Source: Candidatus Sabulitectum silens (GTDB taxonomy: Bacteria; Fermentibacterota; Fermentibacteria; Fermentibacterales; JCC-6). Taken from it: a stretch of 64,000 bases of DNA. The translations under genes and the position numbers were made by a program. The DNA lies in the NCBI GenBank assembly GCA_001875255.1, contig MJAN01000003.1, positions 53,186-117,185 on the forward strand, in the 5' to 3' direction. Below are positions 20,025 to 31,274 of this stretch, piece after piece. Position 1 is the stretch's first letter. Every line of letters starts with the position of its first letter. Under the pieces are notes generated by a model that did no database searches, was not told where the DNA came from, and saw nothing but the letters and a program-made list of their open reading frames with translations.

Positions 20025-21206
20025 TTATCTGAGATATACCTGTCCCCAGAAAATGTCCGAACCTTCTTCCCCCCGGGGTGTGTGCTCGCCAAGTACGAAG
20101 TACTCGTTGAATCCCCCGGGGAAGACCCCCACGGGGATCTGTGAACCCTCTGCACTGATAATGTACACCCTCATCTCCCCGGATGGGTCCATGGGGGCCA
20201 GAAAAGCATTCAGCCCTTCCACTTCAAAGGGTCTCTCCCCCCGGGGTCCTGTCCAGCCGGCGATCATTGCCCCGCCGTCCTCCATGGGCTCCAGTGATGT
20301 GAGGGAGGTATTGTGATCGTACCTGTTGGGGAGGTTCCATAACTCGTTCAGCGCCGGGTCGAACAGGAACAGATGACCCTGAAGGTGAAAACTGCCCCTG
20401 ATATCCGATGTTACAGCACAGAGGATGGTCCCCTGGGGAAGCTCCAGGAAATCCTCCACCTGGATCACGAACTCCGCTTCGAGGTCGGGGCAGGCCCTCC
20501 AGAGCTCGTTTCCCCGGGAATCCAGCCTGATTATGTCAACGGAGGACTGAAAGCCCTCCAGCTCCACACCAAGGATGAAACTCCCGTCATAAAGCACTTC
20601 CAGGGTGGTGCCCTGGATGTCCCTCCCCCTGAAACCGGGGACCTCGGCGCACCAGCTTAGATCGCCATGGAGACCAAGGGCCCCGGTGAACAGAAACCCT
20701 CCATCGCCGGTTGCCGCCCCTGCTATGATCAGTTCCCCGTCATCCAGGTACTCCATTGATGTTATGGTGATCCCACCGTACTCTTCGGGAAATCCGGTTA
20801 CGGGGTCCCGGGAGGAATCCTCCGGCGAAGCTGTATCCATGACAAGAAGCTCGGCGTCACCGGGAAGCAGCCTGCTTCCCAGGGCCAGGGCCAGCCGTGA
20901 TCCGGGAAGGAAGCAGGGGGTAACCCAGTGCTCCATGACTTCTATGTCGAAGAGAATCGGTGTGCTCCCGGTTTCTGCCCCGTATCTGTCCAGTGAAAGC
21001 AGGCTCCATGTCCAGAGGCCTTCCCCTTCGTTGAGCACCACAAGGCTGTAGGAAGAAAGGTCTTCGGACCGGGAGCATGCCGCTATATGATCCCTCCCCG
21101 GCCGGGTGGTGACCCTGCTCCTGGTCCAGGTGAGTGTCTCCGGGGACGAGGCCGTGGTGAACACCGCGATAACCGAAAACAGAAAGATCATGGTTCCCCC
21201 TTTCAA
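20025..21206 (-). CDS. secreted hypothetical protein (possible beta-propeller)
   Basis: N-terminal signal MIFLFSVIAVFTTASS. Gly/Asp-rich repeats. No catalytic motifs recognised. Confidence 0.5.
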   Translation of the reverse strand: MKGGTMIFLFSVIAVFTTASSPETLTWTRSRVTTRPGRDHIAACSRSEDLSSYSLVVLNEGEGLWTWSLLSLDRYGAETGSTPILFDIEVMEHWVTPCFLPGSRLALALGSRLLPGDAELLVMDTASPEDSSRDPVTGFPEEYGGITITSMEYLDDGELIIAGAATGDGGFLFTGALGLHGDLSWCAEVPGFRGRDIQGTTLEVLYDGSFILGVELEGFQSSVDIIRLDSRGNELWRACPDLEAEFVIQVEDFLELPQGTILCAVTSDIRGSFHLQGHLFLFDPALNELWNLPNRYDHNTSLTSLEPMEDGGAMIAGWTGPRGERPFEVEGLNAFLAPMDPSGEMRVYIISAEGSQIPVGVFPGGFNEYFVLGEHTPRGEEGSDIFWGQVYLR

Positions 21207-21282
21207 GATACTGGGCCTTTGACATCCGCAGGGCTATTGGGGATTATAATGGCTGCGGGCTTTCCGCTGGAATGGAGATCCA

Positions 21283-22869
21283 TTGACATCAAAGGAACCG
21301 CCCTACGGCGTGATCGATTCCCTCATTCAAAGGGCCTACTCCATTTCCAGCAGCGACCCCGAAGAAAGCAGGAAGCTTGCTGAAAGGGCGGAGGAGCTAT
21401 CAGACAGGGAGAACTGCGTAAGGGGAATCGCCCGGGCCAAACATCTGATAGCCCTCTATCATCTCCGCAGCGGCGATCTGCGCTCCGCCGTTGAGATAAG
21501 CCGTGAGGCCCTTGATATTTTCCATAACATCGGCGACGAGAACGGAATCAGCAGCACACTGAACACCCTCGGCATAGCCTTCAGGAACACCGGAAGCTTC
21601 GACAGGGGCCTCGACTGCCTCATGAAATCCCTTAAGATCGAAAAGAAAAGGAACGATCCGGGAAATCTGGTAAAGCTCTACGGCAACATCGGGAACATCT
21701 TCGACAGCATGGGGCAGTACCCCGAAGGTCTGCAGTACTACACCAAATGCCTGGAGCTGGCGGAGGAGCTCGATGACAGCAATGTAAAGGCCGACGCCTA
21801 CAGCAATCTGGGAACCTGCTATCACCATCTGGGGGAAACGGGAAAAAGCGCCGGTGCCCACAGAAAGGCCCTGAAGATAAGGGAATCCCTTGGCGATCAG
21901 GAGGGCATATCCTTCTGCCTCAATAACCTGGGAATGATATACGAGGATCAGGGCAAGCATGACAGGGCCCTGAAGTACTACCTCAGGTCCCTGGACATCA
22001 AGATCCGTCTTGGAATGAAACTGGAAACCGCCAGGATATGCAACACCATCGGAAGCCTCTTCACCATAACCGGAGACTACGAAGCCGCAGGGAAATACCT
22101 TGAAAAGGGTTCGAAGCTTGCCCGTGAGGTAAGCAGCCAGACCGCCCTCCGGGAGAATCACATCTGCCTTTCCAATCTCTACAGTGCCACGGATAATTTC
22201 GAACTTGCCCTGGCCCACCACCGGGAGTTCCACAGACTGGACAGGCAGATACTGAACTCCACCAGGATAGCCAGCATGGAGGCACAGCTGGAGCTGATGA
22301 ACGGGGAACTATACGCAGCCAACAGGAAGCTGGAGGAGGCCAACTCGAAGCTGAGCACTCTCTCCATAACCGACGGCCTGACCGGAATAAGCAACAGAAG
22401 AAGGTTCGACGAGTTCCTGGGGTCGGAATGGAACAGGTGCAAGAGGAGATCCGCGCCGATTTCCCTGGTAATGATAGACATAGACTTCTTCAAGCTCTAC
22501 AACGACACCCGGGGCCACACCGCCGGTGACAGTTGTCTGAGGACCATCGCCGGGACCCTGAGGAAGGCGGCGAACCGCACCACCGACCTCGTGGCCCGGT
22601 ACGGTGGTGAGGAGTTCGCCGCGGTTCTGTCGGAAAGCGATTCACAGGGGGCGGTGAAGGTTGCCAGAAAGGCCAGGAGCGGTGTGGAGGACCTGTGCAT
22701 ACCCCACGAATCCTCCCCGGTGTTGCCTGTTGTCACCGTGAGCATCGGAATAGCCACAATGATTCCCGGACCCGGTGATGACCCCGGCGAACTGGTTAAA
22801 AGGGCGGACAAGGCCCTTTACTACTCCAAGACCAGCGGCAGGAACCGAATAACCATGTACGACGGCTAG
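21283..22869 (+). CDS. TPR-repeat diguanylate cyclase (GGDEF domain)
   Basis: Multiple TPR units (LNTLGIAF..., YSNLGTCYHHLG..., LNNLGMIYEDQG...), a coiled-coil, then a GGDEF domain with DGLTGISNRRRF...RYGGEEFAAVL (GGEEF active site) and a likely inhibition-site RxxD. Confidence 0.85.
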   Translation: MTSKEPPYGVIDSLIQRAYSISSSDPEESRKLAERAEELSDRENCVRGIARAKHLIALYHLRSGDLRSAVEISREALDIFHNIGDENGISSTLNTLGIAFRNTGSFDRGLDCLMKSLKIEKKRNDPGNLVKLYGNIGNIFDSMGQYPEGLQYYTKCLELAEELDDSNVKADAYSNLGTCYHHLGETGKSAGAHRKALKIRESLGDQEGISFCLNNLGMIYEDQGKHDRALKYYLRSLDIKIRLGMKLETARICNTIGSLFTITGDYEAAGKYLEKGSKLAREVSSQTALRENHICLSNLYSATDNFELALAHHREFHRLDRQILNSTRIASMEAQLELMNGELYAANRKLEEANSKLSTLSITDGLTGISNRRRFDEFLGSEWNRCKRRSAPISLVMIDIDFFKLYNDTRGHTAGDSCLRTIAGTLRKAANRTTDLVARYGGEEFAAVLSESDSQGAVKVARKARSGVEDLCIPHESSPVLPVVTVSIGIATMIPGPGDDPGELVKRADKALYYSKTSGRNRITMYDG

Positions 22870-22969
22870 AACAGGGAAACGGCCTCTTCGGGGTCTGTTC
22901 ATTTTTCACTTCCGCTGATATGTTCTGGCAAATGAATCCTCAGTAATAACAGAAGAAAGGAAAGCTTTC

Positions 22970-23938
22970 ATGGATCTTTCCACCGTGTATATGAGCATGA
23001 AGCTCCGAAACCCCGTAATAGTGGGCAGCTGCGGCCTCACCGGAACGGTAGACAGGCTGAAGGCGTGTGCCGACGCCGGGGCAGGGGCCATTGTGCTCAA
23101 GTCCATTTTCGAGGAACAGATAGAAAGCGAACTGGGACACATGGTCAGCGACAGCTGGTATCCCGAGGCCGCCGACTACATAGGCAACTACGGCATGCAG
23201 AATGCCCTGGGCAGCTATCTGAAGCTCCTTGAAGGGGCAAGGAAGGCCACGGACATTCCGGTGATCCCCAGCATCCACTGCTTCGGAACGGGAAAGTGGA
23301 CCGAATGGGCATCACAGCTGGAAAGGGCGGGAGCCTCGGCCATCGAGCTGAACGCCTTCATCCTGCCCTCTGATCCCAGGCGAACCGGCCGGGAGAACGA
23401 AAACATCATCCTTGACATCGTCGGCGACATAAAGTCCAGGGTGACGGTGCCGGTGGCGGTGAAAATAGGTTCCCACTTCTCCAGCATCTCCGGCTTCGTA
23501 AGGGAACTGGACGAGATCGGAACCGACGGGGTGGTGATCTTCAACCGTTTCTTTGATATCGACTTTGACATTGACAAGCTGAAGGTCATCGACGGCGGTC
23601 AGTTCTCATCCCCCGGGGAAACCCTGGGGGTCCTCAGGTGGGTAAGCCTCCTCAGCCCGATGACCTCCTGCGACATCTGTGCCACAACGGGGATCAGTAA
23701 TGGAGCCGATATGGTGAAGCATCTCCTGGCCGGGGCGAACGCGGTGCAGGTGGCCTCAACCCTTTACAAGAACGGAACCGGCGTCATTTCCCGTATGCAC
23801 GGTTTCCTGGCGGACTGGATGCGCAGCCATAACTACAGCTCCATAGAGGATTTCCGTGGAGAGCTGAGCAGTTCTAAAAGCGGTAATCCAGCTGAGCACC
23901 GCAGGGTGCAGTTCATGAGGGCTTCTGTAAAGGCCTAG
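22970..23938 (+). CDS. dihydroorotate dehydrogenase-family TIM-barrel flavoprotein (DHOD/PreA-like)
   Basis: MKLRNPVIVGSCGLTGT...GAIVLKSI...IPSIHCFGT...IELNAF...NRFFD..., the DHO_dh family pattern. Confidence 0.7.
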   Translation: MDLSTVYMSMKLRNPVIVGSCGLTGTVDRLKACADAGAGAIVLKSIFEEQIESELGHMVSDSWYPEAADYIGNYGMQNALGSYLKLLEGARKATDIPVIPSIHCFGTGKWTEWASQLERAGASAIELNAFILPSDPRRTGRENENIILDIVGDIKSRVTVPVAVKIGSHFSSISGFVRELDEIGTDGVVIFNRFFDIDFDIDKLKVIDGGQFSSPGETLGVLRWVSLLSPMTSCDICATTGISNGADMVKHLLAGANAVQVASTLYKNGTGVISRMHGFLADWMRSHNYSSIEDFRGELSSSKSGNPAEHRRVQFMRASVKA

Positions 23939-24780
23939 CCCCCCCGGCGGCAACCAGCCAGCTCCCGGCCCCGGCAAGCAGAAGGCCCGCTGCGAAGTGG
24001 AGGGACACCCCTTCACCCAGGAGCGCCACCGCCAGAAGGGTGGTCACCGCCGGCTTAAGAAGGAATATGGTGGAGGCGTTCCCCGCCCCCATCTTCCTTA
24101 TGGTTCCCATGAAGGTCATGTAGCCGATGCCGCTGACACCGATGCCCATGAAGAGGAACACCGGCAGTTCTCGAAAAAGGGGCTGCGGACTCAGACTGAC
24201 CCCCTGAGGAGAAGCCAACCGGAAAGGGCAGCGGTGCCGAACAGGAAGGAAAGGGTATTGATCACCAGGGGGTCCAGCTTCAGAGAGGCCCTTCGCCCTA
24301 TGATCATGTACAGGGCGAAGGTGATTGATGCCAGTAGTGCGTATATGGTGCCGGAATCCACACTCATCCTGTGAAGTCCCGTAACGAGGACCAGTCCCCC
24401 ACACCGAGAAGAAGGCCCAGTATCCTCTTTCCGCTGAGTTTCTCCCAGCCCATAAGTGAAGCGGCAACAACAACGAAAACAGGGTTCGAACAGAAAATGG
24501 TGGCCGCCCGGGACGCGGTTGTGTGCTTCACAGCCAGCTGAAGCAGGGACATGCTGAGAAACGTGTTCAGCACTCCCATGAGGGCCAGCGGGGCAACTGA
24601 TCTCCACTTCATCCCCAGAGGCCTTCTTTTAAGAAGGAGTACCGTCCCGAGAACGGCGGCCCCGGAGAGGAACCTCCACAGCGTGAGCACCAGGGATCCA
24701 CGGAGCCCATCAGGGGCTTGCTGGCCACCTCCATCCCGGCGAAGAGAAGAAGGGTGGCAATATAGTTCAGAACACCCAAA
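23935..24780 (-). CDS. EamA/DMT-family transporter (two apparent frameshifts)
   Basis: Three overlapping minus ORFs (24364..24807, 24191..24607, 23913..24473) each encode 3-4 TM helices with EamA-like TIFCSNPVFVVVAASLMGWEKLS and MGAGNASTIFLLKPAVTTLLAVALLGE. Confidence 0.65.
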
Positions 24781-24797
24781 GGCCGCCGCCTGAAAAC

Positions 24798-26744
24798 CTA
24801 TCTGCACTCCGCCACTATCTCGATGAAGCTCTCCGCCCTGAGGCTGGCGCCGCCCACCAGGGCTCCGTTAACATCGGTCCCTGCCATTGTAGCCTCGGCG
24901 TTATTCGGCTTGACGCTGCCCCCGTATATTATTCGCAGGTCCCTGGCGAAGTCGTTGCCCTCGAGGTTCGCCACCCAGCCCCGGATCAGTGAATGAACCC
25001 TCTGGGCTTCCTCGGGGGTTGCTGTCTTTCCGGTACCTATGGCCCATACCGGCTCATAGGCGATGACCAGGTTGAAGGGAGTGGCCTCGTCGTGGCCGCC
25101 CAGGGCAGCCTCGATCTGACCCCTTACCACTTCCTCGGTCCTTCCGGCTTCCCGCTCCTCCAGCAGCTCACCCACGCATAGAACGCAGTAGAGTCCGGAC
25201 CTGAGACCGGCTATCAGCTTCCTGCGCACTATTTCGTCGGTTTCACCGAGTATGTGCCTTCTTTCACTGTGTCCGGCCAGGAACCACTTGCATCCGGCCT
25301 CCAGAAGCATTTCCGAGCTTATCTCACCGGTAAAGGCTCCCCTTTCCTCCCAGAACAGGTCTTGGGCGCCCAGATCCACCCCGGCCTTGTCCGCCAGGTT
25401 CGAGAAGGAACGGAGAAGGGTGAAGGGGGGAACACCACCACATCGGCGCCGAAGTAGTTGACGTTCCCCTCGTCAAGGGCGGTGAGATAGTCCATTCCCA
25501 TCTCGTATGTGCCGTTCATCTTCCAGTTGGCGCCTATGAAGGGTTTCACACCGTCTATTTTCAGGTGTTCCAGTGCCGGGAGTTCCTCACCCTGAAGAAG
25601 CTTCAGGGAGGCTCCCCCCCCGGTGCTTACATGGGTTATCTGCTCCGCCACACCGGCTTCCCTCACCGCCCTCATGCTGTCGCCTCCGCCTACCACGGCG
25701 TCGGCGCCGAAACTGGTGGCGTCGGCCATGAAGGCTGCCAGCTTCCTGGTTCCAACATCGAAGGGGGGAACCTCAAAGAGTCCCATTGGGCCGTTCCATA
25801 CGATGGTCTTGCTGTCCATCATGGTCCGCCGGAAGAGATCGATGGTTTCCGGTCCGATATCGAAACCCGCCATGTCCGCCGGAAGATTGTCGTACCGGTA
25901 GGCACCGGCCTGGGAGCCCTCCTCCCTGGACGGGGCACAGATTATGTCCCGGGGAAGCAGAAGGTTCACTCCCCTCTCCTCTGCGGCTTTGATGATATCC
26001 TTCGCGGTCTGTATGCGGTCTTCCTCCACAATGCTTTTTCCGGTTTCCAGCCCCATGGCGCGGAAGAAGGTAAAGGCCATTGCACCGCCCACTATCAGGT
26101 TGTCCAGCTTGGGAAGGACATTCTCGATAAGGGCGACCTTATCGCTGATCTTAACGCCTCCCAGGATCACGGTGTAGGGTTTCCTGGGGTGTTTGATTAT
26201 CTCGCCGAAAACCCTCAACTCCTGCTCCACCAGGAAGCCTACGTATCCTCCGCCCAGTATTCCCGGAATTCCAACCATTGAGGCGTGCTCACGGTGACTG
26301 GTTCCAAAGGCGTCATTCACGTAGATGTCCGCCAGGGCCGCAAGTTTCCTTGAGAAATCGGGATCGTTGGAGGTTTCCTCGGGATGGAACCTCAGGTTCT
26401 CAAGAACGAGCATCTCCCCCGGGGCCAGGCCTGCGGCCATGGCCTCCACCCTTTTTCCTATGCAGTCGTGGGCGAAGAGGATCCTGGTTTCCTTAAGTAT
26501 TTCCCTGAGCTTCTCCGCCACGGGCTTCATGCTGAACGGGATCCATTTTCCCTCCGGGTCTTCCCAGATGGGAGGCGAGGATCACTGGAGAACCCTGTTC
26601 CGTGAGGTGTCTGATGGTCCTGAGGACGGACCTTATCCGGGTGTCGTCAAGTATTTTGCCACCCTCGATGGGTACATTGAGGTCCGCCCGGAGGAAGATC
26701 CTTTTCCCTCCGGTCTTCAGGTCTCTTATTGAGGGGTACTGCAT
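24798..26744 (-). CDS. pgk/tpiA: phosphoglycerate kinase fused in frame to triosephosphate isomerase (PGK::TIM); frameshifts near 26500 and 25380
   Basis: PGK N-terminus SIRDLKTGGKRIFLRADLNVPIEGG and core ...GGGDSMRAVREAG...STGGGASLKLLQGEELPALEHLK. It runs without a stop into the TIM N-terminus IDGVKPFIGANWKMNGT. TIM C-terminus ...HSERR...AYEPVWAIGTGKTATPEEAQ... is in ORF 24798..25379. Confidence 0.85.
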
Positions 26745-26745
26745 C

Positions 26746-27761
26746 TCAGAATCCCTTTTTGGCCATCTTGACCAGCATGTCCACCATTCTCGCGGAGTAT
26801 CCCAGCTCGTTGTCATACCAGGAAAGGACCTTGAGCATCCTGCTGCCCATCATTCTGGTCACATCGCCGTCAAAGACGCTGCTGTGGGGGTTGCCCACCA
26901 CATCGGAGGAAACTATGGGCTCTTCGGAATACTGAAGCACGCCCTTGAGGGTTGTTTCAGCGGCCTGCTTCATGGCGGCGTTCACCCCTTCGGCGGTGGC
27001 GTCGGTCTTCAGTGTGCAGACCAGGTCAACCAGTGAGCCGTCGGGTACCGGGACCCTTACGGCCATGCCGTCGAGTTTGCCCTTCAGCTCCGGGATCACC
27101 AGGGAAACCGCAGCGGCGGCGCCGGTGGTGGTGGGTATCACATTCACAGCGGCGGCCCGGGCCCTGCGCATGTCGGAATGGGGAAGGTCGAGTATCCTCT
27201 GGTCGTTGGTGTAGGCGTGGATGGTGGTCATTATTCCCAACTCTATGCCGAAGGTGTCGTGAAGCACCCTGGCAACCGGAGCCAGGCAGTTCGTGGTGCA
27301 GCTGGCGGTGCTTACGACATGGTGCCGCTCGGGATCGTAGAGGTCACAGTTCACACCGTAGACAACGGTGATGTCAGCCCCGGGGGAACCCTTGGCAGGG
27401 GCGCTTATCAGCACTTTCTTTGCCCCGGCCTGAATGTGAAGGGCGGCCTTTTCCCTGGTCCTGAAGAACCCGGTGGACTCAACCACCATGTCAACGCCCA
27501 TTTCCTTCCATGGAGCTTCGCCGGTTCGGGCTGGCTGAGTACCCTGAAGGAGTCTCCCCCGGCCTTTATGCTGTCGCCCTCAACGGCCACTTCACCGGGG
27601 AATCTGCCGTGGACGGAATCGTACTTCAGAAGATGAGCAAGCATCTTCGGGTCGGTGAGGTCGTTCACCGCCACTACGTCAATCTCGTCGTGCTTCAGGG
27701 ATTCTCTGTAAACCAGTCGTCCGATTCGACCAAATCCGTTTATTGCTATCTTAACAGACAT
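26746..27761 (-). CDS. gap: glyceraldehyde-3-phosphate dehydrogenase (one frameshift near 27510)
   Basis: [16 protein letters not shown]... then after the break ...VVESTGFF...ISAPAKG...[13 protein letters not shown]...WYDNELGYS. Adding one C in a CC run restores the frame ([12 protein letters not shown]). Confidence 0.9.
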
Positions 27762-27774
27762 TATTAACCTCCTA

Positions 27775-28811
27775 TCAGCCGAAGAATAGTTCCGCTGTTT
27801 CTATGTCAGATTCCGGAACGGTCTTCAGTGTTCCCACAGCCTCGGAAAGGTCCGCGGCAACAACTTCCGTTCCCCTTAGAGCAGCCATTTTTCCGTTCTC
27901 CCCGGATTCGGCGATCTCCACTGCCCTCACCCCCAGCCTTGTTCCCAGGACACGGTCGAATGCCGAGGGACTGCCTCCCCGCTGAACGTGACCCAGGACC
28001 ACGTGGCGTGTTTCAAGGCCGGTCCTGTCCTGAATTTCGTTCTTCAGGACCTCGCCGATACCTATCCCCGTACCGAGCTGAACATGGCCAAAGGCATCGG
28101 TTTCCGCCGAGTGGTAGACATGCCTGGCAAGCCCGGGGTCGATGGCCCCTCGGCCACCGCCACAATTGCGTATCTTCTTCCCTGCTCATATCTTTTACGG
28201 AGAGCGTCGCAGAGCTTGTTGGTATCGAACTCCTTCTCCGGTGTCAGTATGAAATGAGCCCCGCCTGCAATTCCTCCATGGAGGGCCATCCAGCCGGCGT
28301 GGCGGCCCATGATCTCAACCACCATCACCCGTTCATGGCTTTTCGCGGTGGTTTTCAGTTTGTCAAGGGAATCCATCACATAGTTAATGGCGGAATCGAA
28401 ACCGAAGGTGAAATCCGTTGCTGAAAGGTCGTTATCTATGGTCTTGGGCACGCCGACCACGGAAACGCCCATTTCCGCCAGTGTCACCGCCACCCCAAGG
28501 GTGTCTTCTCCTCCCACGGCAATGAGAACGTCGATCTCGTTCTTCTCCATGGTCTCCCTGATCCGCTGGAATCCGTTCTCCACCTTCCGGGGGTTGGTGC
28601 GGGATGAGAACAGTATGGTCCCGCCCTGGGTGTGAATGTCCAGAACGCTGTCGCGGTCCAGGCTCACCGAGGTGTCTTCGATGGCGCCCTTCCAGCCCCT
28701 TAGAAAACCGGTCACCCTGTGACCGCCGGCCTCGGCCTTCACCACCACTCCACGAATAACGGCATTGAGTCCCGGGGCGTCGCCTCCGCCTGTCAGTATT
28801 CCTAAATGCAC
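27775..28811 (-). CDS. pfkA: ATP-dependent 6-phosphofructokinase (frameshift about 28060-28130)
   Basis: MHLGILTGGGDAPGLNAVIRGVV...AVGGEDTLG...VGVPKTIDNDL...VVEIMGRHAGW. C-terminal MVLGHVQRGGSPSAFDRVLGTRLG in ORF 27775..28002. Confidence 0.85.
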
Positions 28812-28814
28812 TTG

Positions 28815-31264
28815 TTACCTCCTGATCTTTTCCTGAAATCGGCAGGGTGATTCCCCCGCGGCAGAAATAATTCCGGCAAACCTGTCGAACTCTTCCAGGG
28901 ACAGGGACTGTCCGCCGTCGGAAAGGGCTTTGTCCGGGTCGGGGTGAACCTCTATCATCAGGCCGTCGGCCCCGGCGCCCAGCGCCGCCAGTGACAGGGG
29001 AAGGATCAGGTCCCTCCGCCCGGCTGCGTGGCAGGGGTCTGCGATAACCGGAAGCCCGATGGAATCCCTGGCCAGGGGAATGGCGGATATGTCAAGGGTG
29101 GCCCTTGTCCAGGTTTCGAAGGTCCTTATGCCCCTTTCACAGAGAACGATGTGCTCGTTTCCCTCCTTAAGGATGTACTCCGCAGCCAGAAGCCACTCCT
29201 CCACGGTGGCCATGAAACCCCGCTTCAAAAGCACCGGCATGCCGCTTCGCCCTATCTCGCTCAGGAGTATGAAGTTGTGCATGTTCCTGGCGCCGACCTG
29301 AAGCATGTCCACATACTCGGCGGCGGTCTCTATCTGCTCAGGGGACATCACCTCGGTAACCACGGGAATACCGAATTCGTCCCCGGCTTTCCTGAGTATG
29401 CGAAGGGCCTCCTCGCCGAGTCCCTGGAACGAATAGGGGCTGGTCCGGGGTTTCCAGGAGCCGCCCCTGAGGACACCGGCGCCGCTCTTCGCCACTGTTT
29501 CCGCTGTCCTGAGGACCATTTCCTCGTTCTCAACGGAACATGGGCCGGCGATCAGCACCGGACCCGGGCCGCCGAAAACGGCGTTCCCCACTATCACGTG
29601 TCTGATAGGCATGCTAACCCTTCCCAGACTGTTCACGATGTATCTGATAACCTCGCGGACAATGCTGTCGGAGAGGGGGCCGGGGTTATGCCCCATGGCA
29701 TTCTTGACCTGCTCCTCGACCCAGTTCGGGTTGAAACGGGAATCGATTTTTTCCATCAGATCCGCTCTCGCATTCAGTAGTTTAACCAGATCGACATCGA
29801 GCCGAAGAAGCTCGGATCTGTAGTCCGGTTCTACGTCCTCCCGGCCTATCTTGGCCCTGTCAAGCTTGCCTGAGACAGTCCTCGGGAGGCCCAGAACGAA
29901 ATTGTACTTCCTTGGCATCTTGAAGTCTTCAAGGATGTTCATCAGAAAGCTGCGGAGGTCCGGAACGGAGAGTTCCTCGCCGCCCCGGAGCACGATGTAT
30001 GCCACCGGAGCCTCTCCCCTGCCGGGGATGTCCTCTCCCACAACGCAAACATCCCTTACCGCCGGGTGCTTCAGTATGGCAAGCTCCACCTCGCTGGGAT
30101 ACACCTTCAGCCCCGAGGCCTTTATCAGCCCTCCACGCCTTCCGGTGAAGTAGAGCCTGTGGCCTTTCCTTGTGAAGATGTCACCGGTACGGTACCAGCC
30201 ATCTATGAGTACCTCGGATGAATCGGATCTCTCGCCGAGGTAGCGGTTCACTATGCCCTCGCCGGCTATCCAGAGTTCACCCCTGCCGTCCTTCTCCACC
30301 ACTCCGTTGTCCCCGCGGAGCTGTATGTCGTAGCCGCTGACCACCCTTGAGAATCCGGCGATCCCCGGTTCGCCCACAAGGACCACCCCGGAGGTTTCCG
30401 TGCTTCCCCATACCGGGGTTACATCCTTTCCCGTTCGGTCCCGGAATGAACCCAGGAACCGGTCGGTAACCCTCATGCCACCGGCTTCGATTATCCTCAG
30501 AGAGGAAACGTCGGCATCCTCCCGGGACACCAGTCGGCTCATGGCGTCGAGCTGGGGCGGAAGCCCCATGAGGAAGGTAACGGCATGGTCCCTTATCATT
30601 TTCAGGTGTTCCCGGGGGTAGACCGAGGGCTCAAGGACCGTGGTGGCCCCGAGGTAAAGCCCCCTGAGGAATATCTCGTGGGGGTGTCCGATTACACCGA
30701 AAAGGGACATGAGCACATCGGAATCGGTAAGGCCGAGGGTTTCGCATACCGCGGCGGTGTTGACCATGAGTTCCCTGTGGGTGCTCACGGCCACCTTCGG
30801 AAGACCGGTGGAGCCGCTTGTGACATTCATGTAGAAGTCGTCAAATACCCCAACCGTAGGGGTTCCCCGGGCTGAAAGTGCAGGGGATGTGATGTCGTTC
30901 CTGGAGAAGGGAAGGATAGTTCCCGCCTTCCATCCCTCGACGTCCATTCCCTCCCAGCAGAGGATGAATTTCTTGTTCCACCTGGTGAAGACCATCTCCC
31001 TGTCCTCGGAGAGCCAGCTGGGATTCAGGCCGAGAAACCTGCCCCCACCCGGGATATGGCGGTGAAGGCAACCGGCAGGCTGCATTCCCTGCCCACCTGA
31101 ACGCCGACAAGGGTGTCCTTTTCCACACCGGCACTGAGAAGCCGTCCGGCCAGATGCTCCGATGCCCGGTGCCACTGGGCGAAGGTAAGGGAACTCCGGC
31201 CATCCAGGATGGCGGTTCTGTCAGGTCTTTCCATGGCCCACTTCTCCAGCAGGCCATGGATGGT
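28815..31264 (-). CDS. AMP-binding (acyl-adenylate-forming) enzyme continuous in frame with chorismate mutase-like segment and 3-deoxy-7-phosphoheptulonate (DAHP) synthase; frameshift near 31030
   Basis: N-terminus MTIHGLLEKWAMERPDRTAILDG (ORF 31025..31435). Adenylation core TSGSTGLPKV, WGSTET, YRTGD, VSGKLDR. Then with no stop RSELLRLDVDLVKLLNARADLMEKI (AroQ-like helix). Then the KDO8PS-type DAHPS catalytic domain LIAGPCSVE...RGGSWKPRTSPYSFQGLG...GARNMHNF...ADPCH. Confidence 0.7.
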
Positions 31265-31274
31265 CATGCTCTCT

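Noticed and set aside
21400-22233. 277-aa minus-strand ORF
   Set aside because: Antisense to the TPR-GGDEF gene, which has clear TPR and GGEEF signatures.
25565-26281. 238-aa plus-strand ORF and several smaller ones (25623-26177)
   Set aside because: Antisense to the pgk coding sequence, whose product has unmistakable PGK motifs.
29028-29780. 250-aa plus-strand ORF
   Set aside because: Antisense to the AMP-binding/DAHPS gene. No recognisable domain.
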